A DNA stretch of 64,000 bases from a virus (lineage: Duplodnaviria > Caudoviricetes). Of the stretch, positions 63,628 through 64,000 are shown in pieces (positions within the stretch are counted from its first letter, which is position 1; each line of letters begins with the position of its first letter). The notes beneath the pieces are model-generated. The model saw nothing but the letters and a program-made list of their open reading frames with translations, ran no database searches and had not been told where the DNA came from. The position numbers were made by a program, and so were the translations under genes. The stretch lies in IMG/VR virus record IMGVR_UViG_3300031784_000006, one strand, 5' to 3'.

Positions 63628-63830
63628 GAATAATCAAGTTCTTTCCATCGTTCTGCTCTCAACATATCACAAAACCTATTTTCATTACCAGTCACAGGAT
63701 TTTGTGTTGTATTTGGAGAGGCACAAGTATCATAATGATGAGTTCCATTGAGAATATGGGAAACCCAATCCTTGCGATACCACTTACAATCCTTACATAA
63801 AAGAAGTTCAGTCATCAGTTTTCCCCACAT
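63588..63830 (-). CDS. Cys-rich hypothetical protein (likely start MTELLL)
   Basis: CKDCKW...C..P...C...R...CG pattern. Confidence 0.65.
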   Translation of the reverse strand: MWGKLMTELLLCKDCKWYRKDWVSHILNGTHHYDTCASPNTTQNPVTGNENRFCDMLRAERWKELDYSCGPEGRYWEARK

Positions 63831-64000
63831 TCAAAGTCAAGGTATTCTACCACAGGTTCTCTCAAAAAGTTACAAAGGTGCCACTGTGCTTCTTCAAATG
63901 TAGAATAATCACCATCCCTATATTCGTCTACAAATATATTATACCAGAACAATCCAAATCTTTTGTGTTGTGGGTAGTATCTGGTTGAGTGTCCGTCTGT

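Noticed and set aside
1-64000. tRNA genes, introns/inteins, reverse transcriptase or DGR
   Set aside because: No tRNA T-loop or cloverleaf, no interruption in gp17 or other core genes, and no RT motif recognised by eye; tRNAscan-SE and Infernal were not run.

Overview
This 64 kb window is a segment of a T4-like myovirus genome whose gene content and order match cyanophages (Kyanoviridae-like; host and habitat are inferred). Essentially all genes are on the minus strand. Left part (1-37.5 kb), a late virion-morphogenesis module in transcription order: gp25, gp6, a 4122-aa VrlC/gp7-like baseplate protein, a fibre-like protein, gp8, a large virion protein split into three ORFs with poly-Gly and Pro-Thr tails plus a detached S74 chaperone, then gp13, gp14, gp15, gp16, a modular 615-aa protein and gp17, which runs off the window. 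Middle (37.5-39 kb): a non-coding hinge with divergent sigma70-type promoters, direct repeats and DnaA-box-like heptamers, which is an origin candidate. Right part (38.4-64 kb): an early/accessory region of many small genes. Its most striking feature is 14 copies of a conserved 31-bp element (minus-strand consensus AAYTGGGCCCYTGRGATTGTCCYWRTAGTRT) placed tightly between one gene's stop codon and the next gene's start, which gives a promoter-linked gene-cassette array. The cargo includes a MutH/Sau3AI-like nuclease, a Dam methylase, an SF2 helicase, an HNH-like protein, a ligase-fold protein and putative capsid-targeted internal proteins. No tRNA, rRNA, CRISPR or integrase was recognised. All functional calls come from motif recognition by eye; no database searches were run.
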